54,909 bases of DNA from Methyloceanibacter sp. GTDB lineage: Bacteria > Pseudomonadota > Alphaproteobacteria > Rhizobiales > Methyloligellaceae. The stretch is from positions 1 through 54,909 of the forward strand of contig DASUQP010000106.1 of NCBI GenBank assembly GCA_036280475.1. The letters are read 5' to 3'. Shown here piece by piece: positions 28,178 through 37,599 of this stretch. Both the position numbers and the translations under genes were made by a program. The notes under the pieces were generated by a model, which worked only from the letters and a program-made list of their open reading frames with translations, was not told the DNA's origin and ran no database searches. The number at the start of each line of letters is the position of its first letter. Position 1 is the stretch's first letter.

Positions 28178-28225
28178 TCCGATACGAACCGTAGTCACCG
28201 TGATCCAAGGAAAGGAATCGAACCC

Positions 28226-28525
28226 ATGTCCTCTACCGACACCCCCGATATGCGCCCCAGCGCGGCCAAGCGGCCACCCTCAGCCGCGGGATCGGCAAGC
28301 CGTGATGCGAGCGACCTCTCCGATCAGATCGACGCGATCCGAACGGATCTCCAGAGTTTGAGCTCCACCGTCGGGCGTATCGCCAATCGGCAGCTGAGCC
28401 GCGCCCAAGACAAGGTTTCCGAGACCGCGCAGGACGCGGAGGACGCGATCCGCCGCAATCCGCTCTCGGCGGTGGCCATTGCCGTCGGACTGGGGTTCCT
28501 GTTCGGCGTGTTCACGCGCCGCTAG
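28226..28525 (+). CDS. DUF883 / ElaB-YqjD family tail-anchored protein
   Basis: IRRNPLSAVAIAVGLGFLFGVFTRR C-terminus; AAAGGA RBS. Confidence 0.9.
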   Translation: MSSTDTPDMRPSAAKRPPSAAGSASRDASDLSDQIDAIRTDLQSLSSTVGRIANRQLSRAQDKVSETAQDAEDAIRRNPLSAVAIAVGLGFLFGVFTRR

Positions 28526-28537
28526 CGACAAGCGTCC

Positions 28538-28957
28538 ATGCTTCGCACCGCGCTCGCCCTGCTTTCATCCTTACAGGTCGGTGCCCGCATCAAGGAGACG
28601 TACGACCGTTGGGTCCGGCAAGGGATCGCCGTGGCAATCGCCGCCGTCCTACTTTTGGCGGCCGCGGCGTTTGGACTCTTTTCTGCTTACCAGGCCCTCG
28701 TCGCCCCCTACGGGTTCACTCGGCTTGAGGCCGCGGCGATCATGGCCGGCGTGCTGCTCGCGTTCGGACTCCTTGTCCTCGCGGTCGTTCCCGCCTTGGG
28801 GAAGAAGCCTCGGGTCAGGCAGCCGGTCATGCTCACCAGGTCCGGCGAAGGCATGGACCTCGTGGACCGCGGCGTCGGACGGGCCATGCAACAGGTGGGC
28901 CCCCTCACCGTGCTCGTCATCGCTTTTGCGGCGGGACTTTTGGCGGGGCGCCGCTGA
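28538..28957 (+). CDS. Membrane protein co-transcribed with the DUF883 gene
   Basis: Three hydrophobic helices; 12 bp downstream of the DUF883 gene. Confidence 0.75.
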   Translation: MLRTALALLSSLQVGARIKETYDRWVRQGIAVAIAAVLLLAAAAFGLFSAYQALVAPYGFTRLEAAAIMAGVLLAFGLLVLAVVPALGKKPRVRQPVMLTRSGEGMDLVDRGVGRAMQQVGPLTVLVIAFAAGLLAGRR

Positions 28958-31027
28958 ACGGTTTGCACGTTCTCGTCCGTGGTCTTGTGGTTTTGCGGGC
29001 TCTCTCGATGCGGGCACCGTGGCGCTGTCACGGATCGCGGTGGGGGCATCGTCTTCGCCCGGCTCCTCACTCTTGAGTTCTCCCTTCGCGGCGGCGATGG
29101 CGATTTCCGCGGCCTCTTGCAGGGACGCGGCGTAGGCGTCGGCTTCGGCTTCCGCCAGCACTTCTTTGACGGCGTTCGCATCCCCCTCCCCGCCGAAGAA
29201 TGCCACGAGGATCGCCGTTCCCTCCGGCAGGATGCGGCGCAGCCGGCGGACAAGGTAGCGGGTATGAGCAGGGCCGGCGCCGAGGCCGAGATAGCATAGG
29301 CAGACAAATTTCGCTTCGGTGCCGGCGAGCGAGGCGATATGGCCTGCCGAGATCGTTTCCGTCTCAAGCGCCGCCGCGCCGAGCCCGCGCTTCTTCAACA
29401 CCTCGGCGAGCAAGGCGGCAGCAGCTTCGTCAAGAGCCGTGCGTCCGCCAATGCAGAGAACGGGCTCGTCCACCTGCCATCCGGGCGCAAGCTCGGCACG
29501 GTCGATCTCGGGCGCCGCCTCCGTCTCATCTCCTTCATTCTCGGCAGCGTCGAGCGAGGCGAGACCGGTCGGGGTCTCGTCGGGTTCCTCCGCTTTTTGG
29601 CGCAGCTTGGAGAACCAGCGGCGCGGTTGGAAATCGGCAAGATCGTCGAGCATCTCCTTGACCGTATCGGAAATGCGCTCCGTCTGCTCCGCATCGAGAA
29701 GGCCGCGGCGCGCGTCCCGCTCGGCAAGCTTGAGGCCTGCGAGCGCCACGTTCTCGAAACAGGCTACGAAACCCTGATCCTTGAGGCAGAGTTCGGCCTG
29801 GTAGGTGGCCTCGGCCGCATCCCCGGAGAGCGCGCGCTGATAGAAGCTCTGATCGGGAGTCAGCGCCGGCTCATCGCCAAGCAGTACCTCGAACACATGC
29901 AAATCCTCGACATTGCGACCGAGCACGGCGAGACAGACCGTGATCGGCATGGCAAGGAGCAGCCCAAGCGGTCCCCACAGCCAGGTCCAGAACACGGTCG
30001 AGACGACAACCGCGATCGGCGACACGCCCGTGCCATGCCCGAACACGAGAGGCTCTACCACTTGGCCCATCGTCACTTCCGAAACGACGTAGAGCGCAAG
30101 CACGATCAGGAAGGTCGACCAACCCGGATCGACCACCGCCGCGAGCAAGAGCGGCGGCATCGCCGCGATATAACCGCCAATAAAGGGCACGAACCGCATG
30201 AGCATGGCGAGCACCCCCCATACGAGGGGGGTTGGAATGCCGATCACCCACAGCGCAACGGTTATGAAGGTACCGAAGGCGGCATTGATCAAAAGCTGCC
30301 GCAGGAAGAACTTGCTCAAGCGGGTCGCCGCGTCGTTCAGCGTCGTGGTGGCGCGCTGCAAGTCGGAGGAGCCCAGCAACCTGATGAAGCGGTCGCGCAG
30401 ATCCTCGCGCTGGAGCAGGATGAACACCACGAAGAGGAGGACGATGCCCGCGGTCGCGAGCGGCGGCAGCAACGTGCCGGCGATTTGCCGGAAGATTTCG
30501 ACGGAGGTCGGCTGAGGCTGGCGGACCTCGACCGGCATGGGACGGTCGGCCGGTCGCTCGGCCTCGGCACCGACTTCCGGTGTCGGCGGGGACTCCCTCC
30601 CGGACTTGTTCAGCTCCTTTTGCAGGTCGGAAAGGACGTCACCGGCCTTCTTCAGTACGGAGGAACTCGGCGCTCCCTCGCGCAAACCTTTGATCTTTTC
30701 CGTGAGCGCGTGGCGGTAGCTCGGCAAGTCGGCGGCAAGCTGCGTGATCTCGCGCGACATGAACCAGCCGAGGGCGAAGATGATGGCGAACGCGCAGCTC
30801 ACCACGATGCCGACGGCGATGACGCGCGGCAAGCCGATCCGCCTGAGCAGGACGAGCGGCCGGGTGAGAACGAAACTCAAGACGATGGCAACCGTGAGCG
30901 GAAGGAGCACCTCGCGCCCGAAATAGAGGGCGGCGATGACCAGCGTTGCGATGAGCAGGCCTTGCAGAATCGCGGTGCGGGCGTCCGAGGGAGCGGAGAG
31001 GACGGGGAAACGCGATCGAGGCGGCAT
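28649..31027 (-). CDS. Long AI-2E family transporter with C-terminal soluble domains
   Basis: REDLRDRFIRL, RFVPFIG, WTWLWGPLGLLLAMPIT, FYQRAL.GD; last ~100 aa overlap the opposite gene. Confidence 0.88.
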   Translation of the reverse strand: MPPRSRFPVLSAPSDARTAILQGLLIATLVIAALYFGREVLLPLTVAIVLSFVLTRPLVLLRRIGLPRVIAVGIVVSCAFAIIFALGWFMSREITQLAADLPSYRHALTEKIKGLREGAPSSSVLKKAGDVLSDLQKELNKSGRESPPTPEVGAEAERPADRPMPVEVRQPQPTSVEIFRQIAGTLLPPLATAGIVLLFVVFILLQREDLRDRFIRLLGSSDLQRATTTLNDAATRLSKFFLRQLLINAAFGTFITVALWVIGIPTPLVWGVLAMLMRFVPFIGGYIAAMPPLLLAAVVDPGWSTFLIVLALYVVSEVTMGQVVEPLVFGHGTGVSPIAVVVSTVFWTWLWGPLGLLLAMPITVCLAVLGRNVEDLHVFEVLLGDEPALTPDQSFYQRALSGDAAEATYQAELCLKDQGFVACFENVALAGLKLAERDARRGLLDAEQTERISDTVKEMLDDLADFQPRRWFSKLRQKAEEPDETPTGLASLDAAENEGDETEAAPEIDRAELAPGWQVDEPVLCIGGRTALDEAAAALLAEVLKKRGLGAAALETETISAGHIASLAGTEAKFVCLCYLGLGAGPAHTRYLVRRLRRILPEGTAILVAFFGGEGDANAVKEVLAEAEADAYAASLQEAAEIAIAAAKGELKSEEPGEDDAPTAIRDSATVPASREPAKPQDHGRERANRSAAPRQKSRRKSDDEHGEGAHLLHGPSDAAVHEVHAFAGPGEHDRLPDPRLLPQGGNDREDKESEREQHAGHDRRGLKPSEPVGGDEGLVSRKESKRRGRQK

Positions 31028-31105
31028 GTCGGTTCTGTCCGCACGCAAGGTTGTCAGCTGTAAGAGGCCGGCCCTTTTGGTTCCTGGCTCAGGCCCCCGA
31101 CAGTA

Positions 31106-31192
31106 TCAGAACTGAAGGCAGCGCAACGGCAAGTCGCGAATGGATAACGGAAAGGGGATTCCGACGAGCCGCAAGAGAACGCCGCGCATCAT
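31106..31192 (-). pseudogene. Degenerate paralog of the 621-698 microprotein
   Basis: MMRGVLLRLVGIPFPLS... versus MRGVILWLLGVPITI; GAGGA RBS. Confidence 0.55.
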
Positions 31193-31230
31193 GGTTTCCT
31201 CGACCGGATGGCTGTTGTCTTGCGCCTAGC

Positions 31231-31255
31231 AACGCGCGATGTGTCTTGAGGTTCC
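31231..31255 (-). promoter_or_regulatory. EcfG-type promoter
   Basis: GGAAC-N16-CGTT. Confidence 0.8.
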
Positions 31256-31323
31256 AAGCCGGCCGCGACGCCGTCCCCTGTGGCGGCTTCGGCTTGACCC
31301 GGCTCGCCCGCTCGCGATTTCGT

Positions 31324-32346
31324 TCAGGAACCGCCCGGCTTCGCGGCTGCCGGGTCGCGCGTCACGGGGCTCACCGGCCGCTTTTCGCCGCCGGGTCCCC
31401 CGGCCACGTGATCGGCGACGAAGGCGCCCCGCTTGCCCATCGGACGCGGCTCGCCCGTGGTCGTGTCCTCCGCCGTCTGCAGCTCGAGCTCGGCATTGAT
31501 CTCCGCGCCGAGCAAGACGATGTAGAACGACATGTAAAGCCAGAACAACAATATGACGACGGCGCCGAGCGACCCGTAGACCCTGTCGTAGTTGGCGAAG
31601 TGCGACACGTAGAGAGAGAAGCCCGCCGAAGCAATCAGCCACGCCACCATGGCGAACAGAGAGCCGATGCTCACCCAATGCCATTTGGCGCTGCGGCGGC
31701 AAGGGCCATAACGGTAGAGAAGGGACAAGATGAAGAGGACGAAGAGCGCGAGGAACGGCCATCGTCCCACGCCGACGACCAGCTCCAGCGCGCGCGAATA
31801 GCCCGCGACGGCAAACAGAATCGGCACGTAGACGATGGCGAGAAGCATGACCACGCCCCCGACCATGCCGATGATCGTGAAGGTGAGCGCGTTCAAATAG
31901 TATTGGAACAGGCTCCTGCGCTCGGGTTCTTCATAGGCGATATTCAGGGCTGCCATCATGGCCTGCGTGCCGGCAAGGGCGCTCCACAGGGCAAGGCCCA
32001 GGCTGACGGCAAGACCCCAGCCGAGCCTTCCCCCAGATGCCGCGGCGACGCGTTGGATCTGATCCATCACCATGTCGCTGGCCTGCGGAGGAAGCACGGA
32101 CCGAAGAATCCCGAAATGCTGCTCCACAGTGTCCGGGCTCGCCGTTAGGCCATAGACGGAGATCACCGCCGACAGCACGGGGAAAATGGCCAGGAGAGCA
32201 AAGAAGGCGCAGCCGGCCGCCACGACGGAGAGATTGTCGCGGTTGCTCTCGGTCCAGACGCGCTCAGAGACCTGCCACAAGCCTTTGAGCGGAATGTGGT
32301 AGGGAAGTGTTGCGTCGCGGCCGTAAGGATCGGGCTTGCGGTTCAT
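31324..32346 (-). CDS. YihY/BrkB family membrane protein
   Basis: AAGCAFFALLAIFP, ALNIAY, LYRYGP, YGSLGAVVILLFWLY...LLGAEINA. Confidence 0.92.
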   Translation of the reverse strand: MNRKPDPYGRDATLPYHIPLKGLWQVSERVWTESNRDNLSVVAAGCAFFALLAIFPVLSAVISVYGLTASPDTVEQHFGILRSVLPPQASDMVMDQIQRVAAASGGRLGWGLAVSLGLALWSALAGTQAMMAALNIAYEEPERRSLFQYYLNALTFTIIGMVGGVVMLLAIVYVPILFAVAGYSRALELVVGVGRWPFLALFVLFILSLLYRYGPCRRSAKWHWVSIGSLFAMVAWLIASAGFSLYVSHFANYDRVYGSLGAVVILLFWLYMSFYIVLLGAEINAELELQTAEDTTTGEPRPMGKRGAFVADHVAGGPGGEKRPVSPVTRDPAAAKPGGS

Positions 32347-32444
32347 GAATGACCGTGTCCGCCGAGGCCGGGAATGGCGATGACGCGCCAGAACCCGCTC
32401 GGCCGACACGAGCATACTCGTCTCCCCGAGGCCCGCCTAGGAGT

Positions 32445-32603
32445 CTAGAGCCGCCCAAGCAGAAGCAGGATGAGCACGACGACGAGAATGACGCCAATGA
32501 TGCCGGAAGGCCCGTATCCCCACGCCCGGCTATGGCCCCAGGTGGGAAGGACTCCGATCAAAATCAGGATCAATATGATAACGAGGATGGTCGTAAGGTC
32601 CAT
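32445..32603 (-). CDS. DUF3309 family protein, second copy
   Basis: MDLTTILVIILILILIGVLPTWGHSRAWGYGPSG; GGAGG RBS. Confidence 0.9.
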   Translation of the reverse strand: MDLTTILVIILILILIGVLPTWGHSRAWGYGPSGIIGVILVVVLILLLLGRL

Positions 32604-32696
32604 AAGACTTCGTCCTCCACCGCATAGTTCGGCCGGCATCGCGCGCGGCGGCAAAGCAGTCGTTTTCGCCGAGAGACGCGAGCCTTGGCTGAACTT

Positions 32697-32721
32697 AATC
32701 GATTCGCGGCGGAATTGTTCC
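32697..32721 (-). promoter_or_regulatory. Possible EcfG-type promoter
   Basis: GGAAC-N16-GATT. Confidence 0.45.
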
Positions 32722-32900
32722 TGGAGAGACCTTGCGAACGGCCGAAAACTCCGACTTTCCCCTGGAAATTGCGGCTGCCGGCCCTCCGCCGACGGGATGG
32801 GCTCCCACCCGCCGAGAATTGGCCCCGCCTGCAAGACTTGCGCGTTATATGCGATCGTTGGGCGAATATGCCCCTGTCATACCCCTCATCATCGGCGAAG

Positions 32901-33257
32901 ATGGCACGAAAAACGGAAGCGCAACGCAGGAAGGAAGCCAAGGAGCGAGCGGAACGCGCCCTCCGCAAAACCAAGGAGAGACTGGGCCTCGGTCAGCCCG
33001 GACCGCTCCGAGGCGCAGTCCCCAGTCCGCTTGCTGCGATCAGCAAGCGACGCCATGCGAAATTGCCTTCCACGTCCGATCGCATCCCAGGATCAGCTCC
33101 GGCTTCGGACGTGCTCCATGGGCATAAGTGGAAGCGAGGGGTCGAGGAAAGCGACGCGACCATGCGCGAGATGCAGCGAAAGTCTATGCGAATTGCGCCG
33201 GCTTACAATAAGGGCGCCCTGCAATATCTGCCCAAGGGCGTCGATCGCGACGAATAA
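32901..33257 (+). CDS. Basic hypothetical protein
   Basis: Arg/Lys-rich, C-terminal IAPAYNKGALQYL; start uncertain, no good RBS. Confidence 0.6.
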   Translation: MARKTEAQRRKEAKERAERALRKTKERLGLGQPGPLRGAVPSPLAAISKRRHAKLPSTSDRIPGSAPASDVLHGHKWKRGVEESDATMREMQRKSMRIAPAYNKGALQYLPKGVDRDE

Positions 33258-33391
33258 CCGGGAAGATCACCCCAGCGATGCGCGTGAGCCTCCGAAACCG
33301 CGCCGCAAACTACGCCGCTAGCGGTGGAACGCGATCCGGGAGCCGTGCCCGCCCATGGAAGTCCTGATGAAGATTCCGCTTTCGGGCCTGA

Positions 33392-33676
33392 TCAACGTCC
33401 GAAGCCCGCTTCGGAGTTTCGGCAAAGGCGTTTGAGGTCGGCTTCGGCCTCTTCCTCTGTCGGATAGGCCTCCTTGCCGATTCTGGTGACACCCTCGTCA
33501 CCCGGGGTTGGCTCGATATCCACCACCAGGCACTTCTCGTCGGAGGAGCGCACGATCCACCAATTTGCAAGGCTCGGAGTGGGAGCAAGGATCCCGATCA
33601 GAACAGCAGCATCGATCAAGAGAACGCGAAGGAACCGCGTACGTGTCGGATCGCCACTCCCGGATGAATCAGTCAT
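33392..33676 (-). CDS. Small exported protein with two Cys
   Basis: GGAGG RBS; signal-like segment, then WWIVR...KCLVVD...Y.TEEEAEA...LC. Confidence 0.7.
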   Translation of the reverse strand: MTDSSGSGDPTRTRFLRVLLIDAAVLIGILAPTPSLANWWIVRSSDEKCLVVDIEPTPGDEGVTRIGKEAYPTEEEAEADLKRLCRNSEAGFGR

Positions 33677-33755
33677 CGATTTTTCGACCTCCATGCACGA
33701 CGTTTGGCGGCGCGCGTTCGGCGAATGATGCGACCGATTTTCGCCTGACTGCCGC

Positions 33756-33780
33756 AACCACGTCCCCGCGGGGATGTTCC
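33756..33780 (-). promoter_or_regulatory. EcfG-type promoter (near consensus)
   Basis: GGAAC-N16-GGTT. Confidence 0.65.
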
Positions 33781-33974
33781 CAGCTCAACCACATTTTTTT
33801 AAGCATGGAACCGCCGTCTCCTGACATCGGTGCCAGCTCATTTCTGCCCTTGGAAAAGGGCGCCGCAGGTTCGGTGAGGATGCGAAAGAGCAAGAAGCAT
33901 GATGGTTGCGCTCCATCCGTGAATAGGGCTTGAACAACGGTACCCCGTCCGGCGCTTCTGCAGTGCTTTTGGCG

Positions 33975-33999
33975 GAAACAACTTGGTTTCCGCGGCGTT
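33975..33999 (+). promoter_or_regulatory. EcfG-type promoter variant
   Basis: GAAAC-N16-CGTT upstream of ATG 34040. Confidence 0.55.
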
Positions 34000-34039
34000 T
34001 TCATAATGCCGCTTCAAAACCTCGTTCGGAGCCAACACC

Positions 34040-35187
34040 ATGCAGATCGTTAACCGCCTTGGCGCAGCTCTCGCCTTTGTGACCTCGGTTGCCCATAGGG
34101 GCCGCCCGCAGCGACGATGTCGTGGCTCTGCCGTGGGCAGACGCCAAGGTCGAAAGCCTCGCAACTCTTGATAATCCGTGGGCGATGGCGTTTCTCCCTG
34201 ATGGCCGGCTGCTGATCACCGAGAAGCCCGGCAATCTGCGCGTCTATGCCGACGGCAAGCTTTCAAAGCCGATCGGCGGCGTGCCGAAGGTGGAATATCA
34301 CGAGCAGGGCGGCCTGCTCGGCACGGCCGTCGATCCGAACTTCGCCGACAATTAGCTCGTCTATCTGTCCTATACCGAGGCGGCGCCGGAGCAGCCTGCC
34401 GATGCCAAGGACGAGGGCGATCCACGTCTCGGCGAATATCAGGATCTCAAGGATGTGGTGCTGAAGGGCCTTGCCGTTGCCCGCGGGCGGCTCGACGGCG
34501 ATCAACTCAAAGACGTGCAGGTCATTTGGCGGCAAACGCCCAAGACGATTGGACGCGGGCATTTTGGGGGACAACTGGTATTCGCCCCCGACGGCACGCT
34601 ATTCATTACGTCCGGCGATCGCCAGAGATTTGACCCGGCCCAGGATCTCGGCTCGACACTCGGAAAGATCGTGCGGATAAACCCGGACGGTTCGATACCT
34701 CAAGACAATCCCTTCGCGAAGGAGCCCGGCGCGCTGCCCGAAATATGGAGCCTCGGTCACCGCAACCCGCTCGGCGCGGCATTCGAGCCCGGGTCGGGCA
34801 AGCTGTGGCAAGAACTACGGCTGGCCGGTCGTGAGCGAGGGCAGCCACTACAACGATGTGCCGATTCCGCATCATGCGCAGAAGGCCGAGTTCATGCCGC
34901 CACTCAAATTTTGGAATCCCTCGGTTTCCCCGTCAGGCCTCTTCTTTTACACCGGTGATACGTTCAAGGCGCTGAAGGGCAACGCCTTGCTCGGCGGCTT
35001 GTCGTCGGAGGCATTGATCGTGCTCACCGTCAAGGACGGCAAGCCGCTCGATGACAACATCGCAAGGGTCGGGCACCGCGTTCGCGACGTTGCCGAGATG
35101 CCGGACGGGAGCTTGCTCCTGCTGACTGATGGCGACGACGGCGAGCTCCTTCACCTCACACTCTCGCGTGAGAAGGAAGCCGGTTAG
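34040..35187 (+). pseudogene. PQQ-dependent sugar dehydrogenase (GSDH/YliI-like), disrupted
   Basis: PWAMAFLPDG, QGGLL, HFGG, GHRNP, NYGWP and RVRDV motifs split by a frameshift near 34093, TAG at 34353-34355 and a deletion/frameshift near 34810. Confidence 0.9.
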
Positions 35188-35224
35188 AGCGGAGCACGGT
35201 GGGGCACGCGATAGTTCGATCGCC

Positions 35225-35249
35225 GGAACGCATGAAGCGGCAACTCGTT
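35225..35249 (+). promoter_or_regulatory. EcfG-type promoter
   Basis: GGAAC-N16-CGTT. Confidence 0.8.
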
Positions 35250-35254
35250 CCTTC

Positions 35255-35340
35255 GTCAGGCAGCGTAAACCTTCCCCAGCTGGTTAGGCCCGGTGCCGTG
35301 TCATTCCTCCCTTGTGGCGGCAGCGGTGCCGGGCCGCTCC
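35255..35340 (+). ncRNA. Candidate sRNA or structured leader with CCUCCC loop
   Basis: Stem 35287-35335 (with G-U pairs) whose loop is TTCCTCCCTTG, directly after the promoter. Confidence 0.45.
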
Positions 35341-35446
35341 GCCTCCGAGCCGCGATGAAACTTCACCCCAGCTTGCGTGTTCCTTCTTCGCCGGACGTTC
35401 GAAGCCTGTCCGCAAATCAAACCTTCTAAAAGCCAGGAGTGGGCTC

Positions 35447-35881
35447 GTGAGCGATTGGACCTTGGATGACATTGCGGAAAAGCTGCGCGATATCGACTTT
35501 GCGATGTTGCTGACGCAGAGCGAAAGCGGCGAGATTGCGGCGCGGCCGATGAGCAACAACCGCGAGGTGGAATATGACGGCGATTCGTATTTCTTCACCC
35601 TGGAAGAGACGGACATGGTCGCGCATATCGAGCGCAATTCGAAAGTCGCGCTCTCCTACGCGGGAAACAAGGGCCTGCTCGGCAAACCGCCGATGTTCAT
35701 CGCCATGCGAGGCGTGGCCGAGCTGATACGCGACAAGGATCGGTTCGCGGCGCATTGGAGCGAGGATCTCGAGCGCTGGTTCGAGGACGGTGTCGATACA
35801 CCCGGCCTCGTGCTGATCAAGGTCCACGCCGACCGCATCCACTATTGGGACGGTGAGGACGACGGAGAGCTCGAGGTCTGA
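35447..35881 (+). CDS. Pyridoxamine 5'-phosphate oxidase-like FMN-binding general stress protein
   Basis: GTG with AGGAG RBS; AARPMSNN, W...LERWFEDGVDTP, IHYWDGE. Confidence 0.9.
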   Translation: MSDWTLDDIAEKLRDIDFAMLLTQSESGEIAARPMSNNREVEYDGDSYFFTLEETDMVAHIERNSKVALSYAGNKGLLGKPPMFIAMRGVAELIRDKDRFAAHWSEDLERWFEDGVDTPGLVLIKVHADRIHYWDGEDDGELEV

Positions 35882-35928
35882 TCGCACCTTCGCTCTTGAC
35901 GCTTGTCGTTTTGCGATTGCGGAGCTGC

Positions 35929-35953
35929 GGAACTCCCGCTGTCGAGCGTCGTT
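35929..35953 (+). promoter_or_regulatory. EcfG-type promoter
   Basis: GGAAC-N16-CGTT. Confidence 0.85.
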
Positions 35954-35989
35954 GTGTCGGTAGCAGTCCAAATTGGAAAGGAAGCCCTC

Positions 35990-36214
35990 ATGGGAAACAA
36001 GCAACGGCAAAAGAGCGACAATCCACCTCAGAAGCACCCCGAACAGGTGGAGCAAAATCCCGAGCACCGAGACCGGGACTATAAGCGGGAGGAGACGAAT
36101 ATCGATCGCAGCGAGCGTCGCCCGGGTCAGCAAACAGAAAAACAACGGCGAACGGGCGAACGCGACGCCGTCGAGGGCGAAGGCGAGGCCGAGGACGAGA
36201 GCGCCGTCTCCTAG
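35990..36214 (+). CDS. 74-aa hydrophilin-like protein
   Basis: AAAGGA RBS; Q/E/R/D-rich, no hydrophobic core. Confidence 0.75.
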   Translation: MGNKQRQKSDNPPQKHPEQVEQNPEHRDRDYKREETNIDRSERRPGQQTEKQRRTGERDAVEGEGEAEDESAVS

Positions 36215-36271
36215 AGCATTATCCCATCGAATTGAATCATGACCCCCTCTTACTCCCCCCGGGAGCGTGGT

Positions 36272-37582
36272 TCAATGCGACGAAATAATGCTCTGCGGAT
36301 CGATCAATCCCCAGGACTGGACCTTGGCGAAATCGCCGTCGATCAGTTTCTGCCCGATGTCACGCCGATACCGGGCATTAGGAATCACCAGCTTGCCGGC
36401 CAATTCGTGCGCCGCGTCCCGAGCCGCCGTGATGGTGTCTCCGGTGCCCGTCACCACGAGCGTGTAACCGTTTGCGCCGCTGGTCACGAGGACGCCGTCG
36501 CTCAGGCCCACTTCCCCGTAATGGAGGTTGGCACGCTCGGCAGTCGAAAGCTCGCCTTTGAAACTGATCGGCAATCCCTTCGGCTCTAAGACATGCTCGC
36601 GTGAATAGGGAAACGGAGGGGTTGTCATCACGATGCCGACGCAGAACCCCGGTTCGACCTCGAACCTGGTGGCGCTGCGGTCCAGCATCGCGCGAAACAA
36701 TGCCCCCCATCCCGTTCGCTGCAACGGATCGAGGATGGCGTAGCCGGGATAACCGAAGCGGCAAGTGAACTCGAGCGGCCAGATGCCTTGCGCGTTGACG
36801 ATGGTGTTGAGGTTGATATAGCCGCAATAGCCGTTCTGCTCGAGAAGCGGACGCATTTTGCCGAGCGTGCGCTCGAAGAACGTCTTGCCGCCGCTGTAGG
36901 TCACGACCGTCCCCATTTCACCGGTGAGTTCGCCCATGTCGTGCGGAAAAAACCGTTTATGCTCCCAGTCGAGACAGGCAGGCATGAGGAACTCGACACC
37001 GTTGAAATAGGCGCCGACGCCCATCTCGATGCCTTCGACGAACTCCATCAAAACAAAACTGGCGGTTGCCAAATTCGGATCGGAGGAAAGCACGGACCGC
37101 ACATCCGCTCCGTCGGGCCGGCTACCGACAAACGTTGCCGCGTCGGGCCCGTTTGATTTCACGACATAGCGCGCGGGCCGTTCGGCAATGAACCGGCGCG
37201 CCTCTTCGATCTGCGAAAACGTGAATGTCGCAGCCGTCGGCAGGCCGAGATCGGCAAGAACGTTCTGCGCGTAAGTGCGATCGTTCTCCAGGCGCGCGCC
37301 ATAGGCGCTGCTGCCGATGACATTGAAACCGTCGGCTCTCAGACGGTCCTGGAGCTCTCCCCGACCCGAGCCGACATTCTCGAACAAGAGGCAGCCCTCG
37401 GATCCGGCCTCGCGCACCCACCCGAGCTCGTTCTGCCAATCTTCCACGTGCGGTACGAGACCGAGAAGGGTATCGCGGCAAAGAGGATTGCCGATGTAGA
37501 TCTTGACCTCGTGTCCCTCGGCGGCGAGGCGAAGATAAAGCGATCCGAGATCGGCAGCGTCACCGATCCCCAGAAAACGCAT
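36272..37582 (-). CDS. PurD-like ATP-grasp ligase (divergent paralog)
   Basis: VVKSNG, EFVEGIE, EHKRF...GELTGEMG and LEFTCRFGYP correspond to PurD motifs; the GSGGREHA motif is absent. Confidence 0.85.
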   Translation of the reverse strand: MRFLGIGDAADLGSLYLRLAAEGHEVKIYIGNPLCRDTLLGLVPHVEDWQNELGWVREAGSEGCLLFENVGSGRGELQDRLRADGFNVIGSSAYGARLENDRTYAQNVLADLGLPTAATFTFSQIEEARRFIAERPARYVVKSNGPDAATFVGSRPDGADVRSVLSSDPNLATASFVLMEFVEGIEMGVGAYFNGVEFLMPACLDWEHKRFFPHDMGELTGEMGTVVTYSGGKTFFERTLGKMRPLLEQNGYCGYINLNTIVNAQGIWPLEFTCRFGYPGYAILDPLQRTGWGALFRAMLDRSATRFEVEPGFCVGIVMTTPPFPYSREHVLEPKGLPISFKGELSTAERANLHYGEVGLSDGVLVTSGANGYTLVVTGTGDTITAARDAAHELAGKLVIPNARYRRDIGQKLIDGDFAKVQSWGLIDPQSIISSH

Positions 37583-37599
37583 CCACCGATCTCCCGAGG

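Noticed and set aside
27949-28194. 81-aa ORF across the repeat
   Set aside because: Starts inside the promoter spacer, has no RBS, and runs through a terminator and the next promoter
29339-31063. 574-aa plus-strand ORF
   Set aside because: Antisense shadow of the AI-2E transporter gene
36272-37582. Housekeeping purD
   Set aside because: Substrate motifs altered and no purine context; gene symbol withheld
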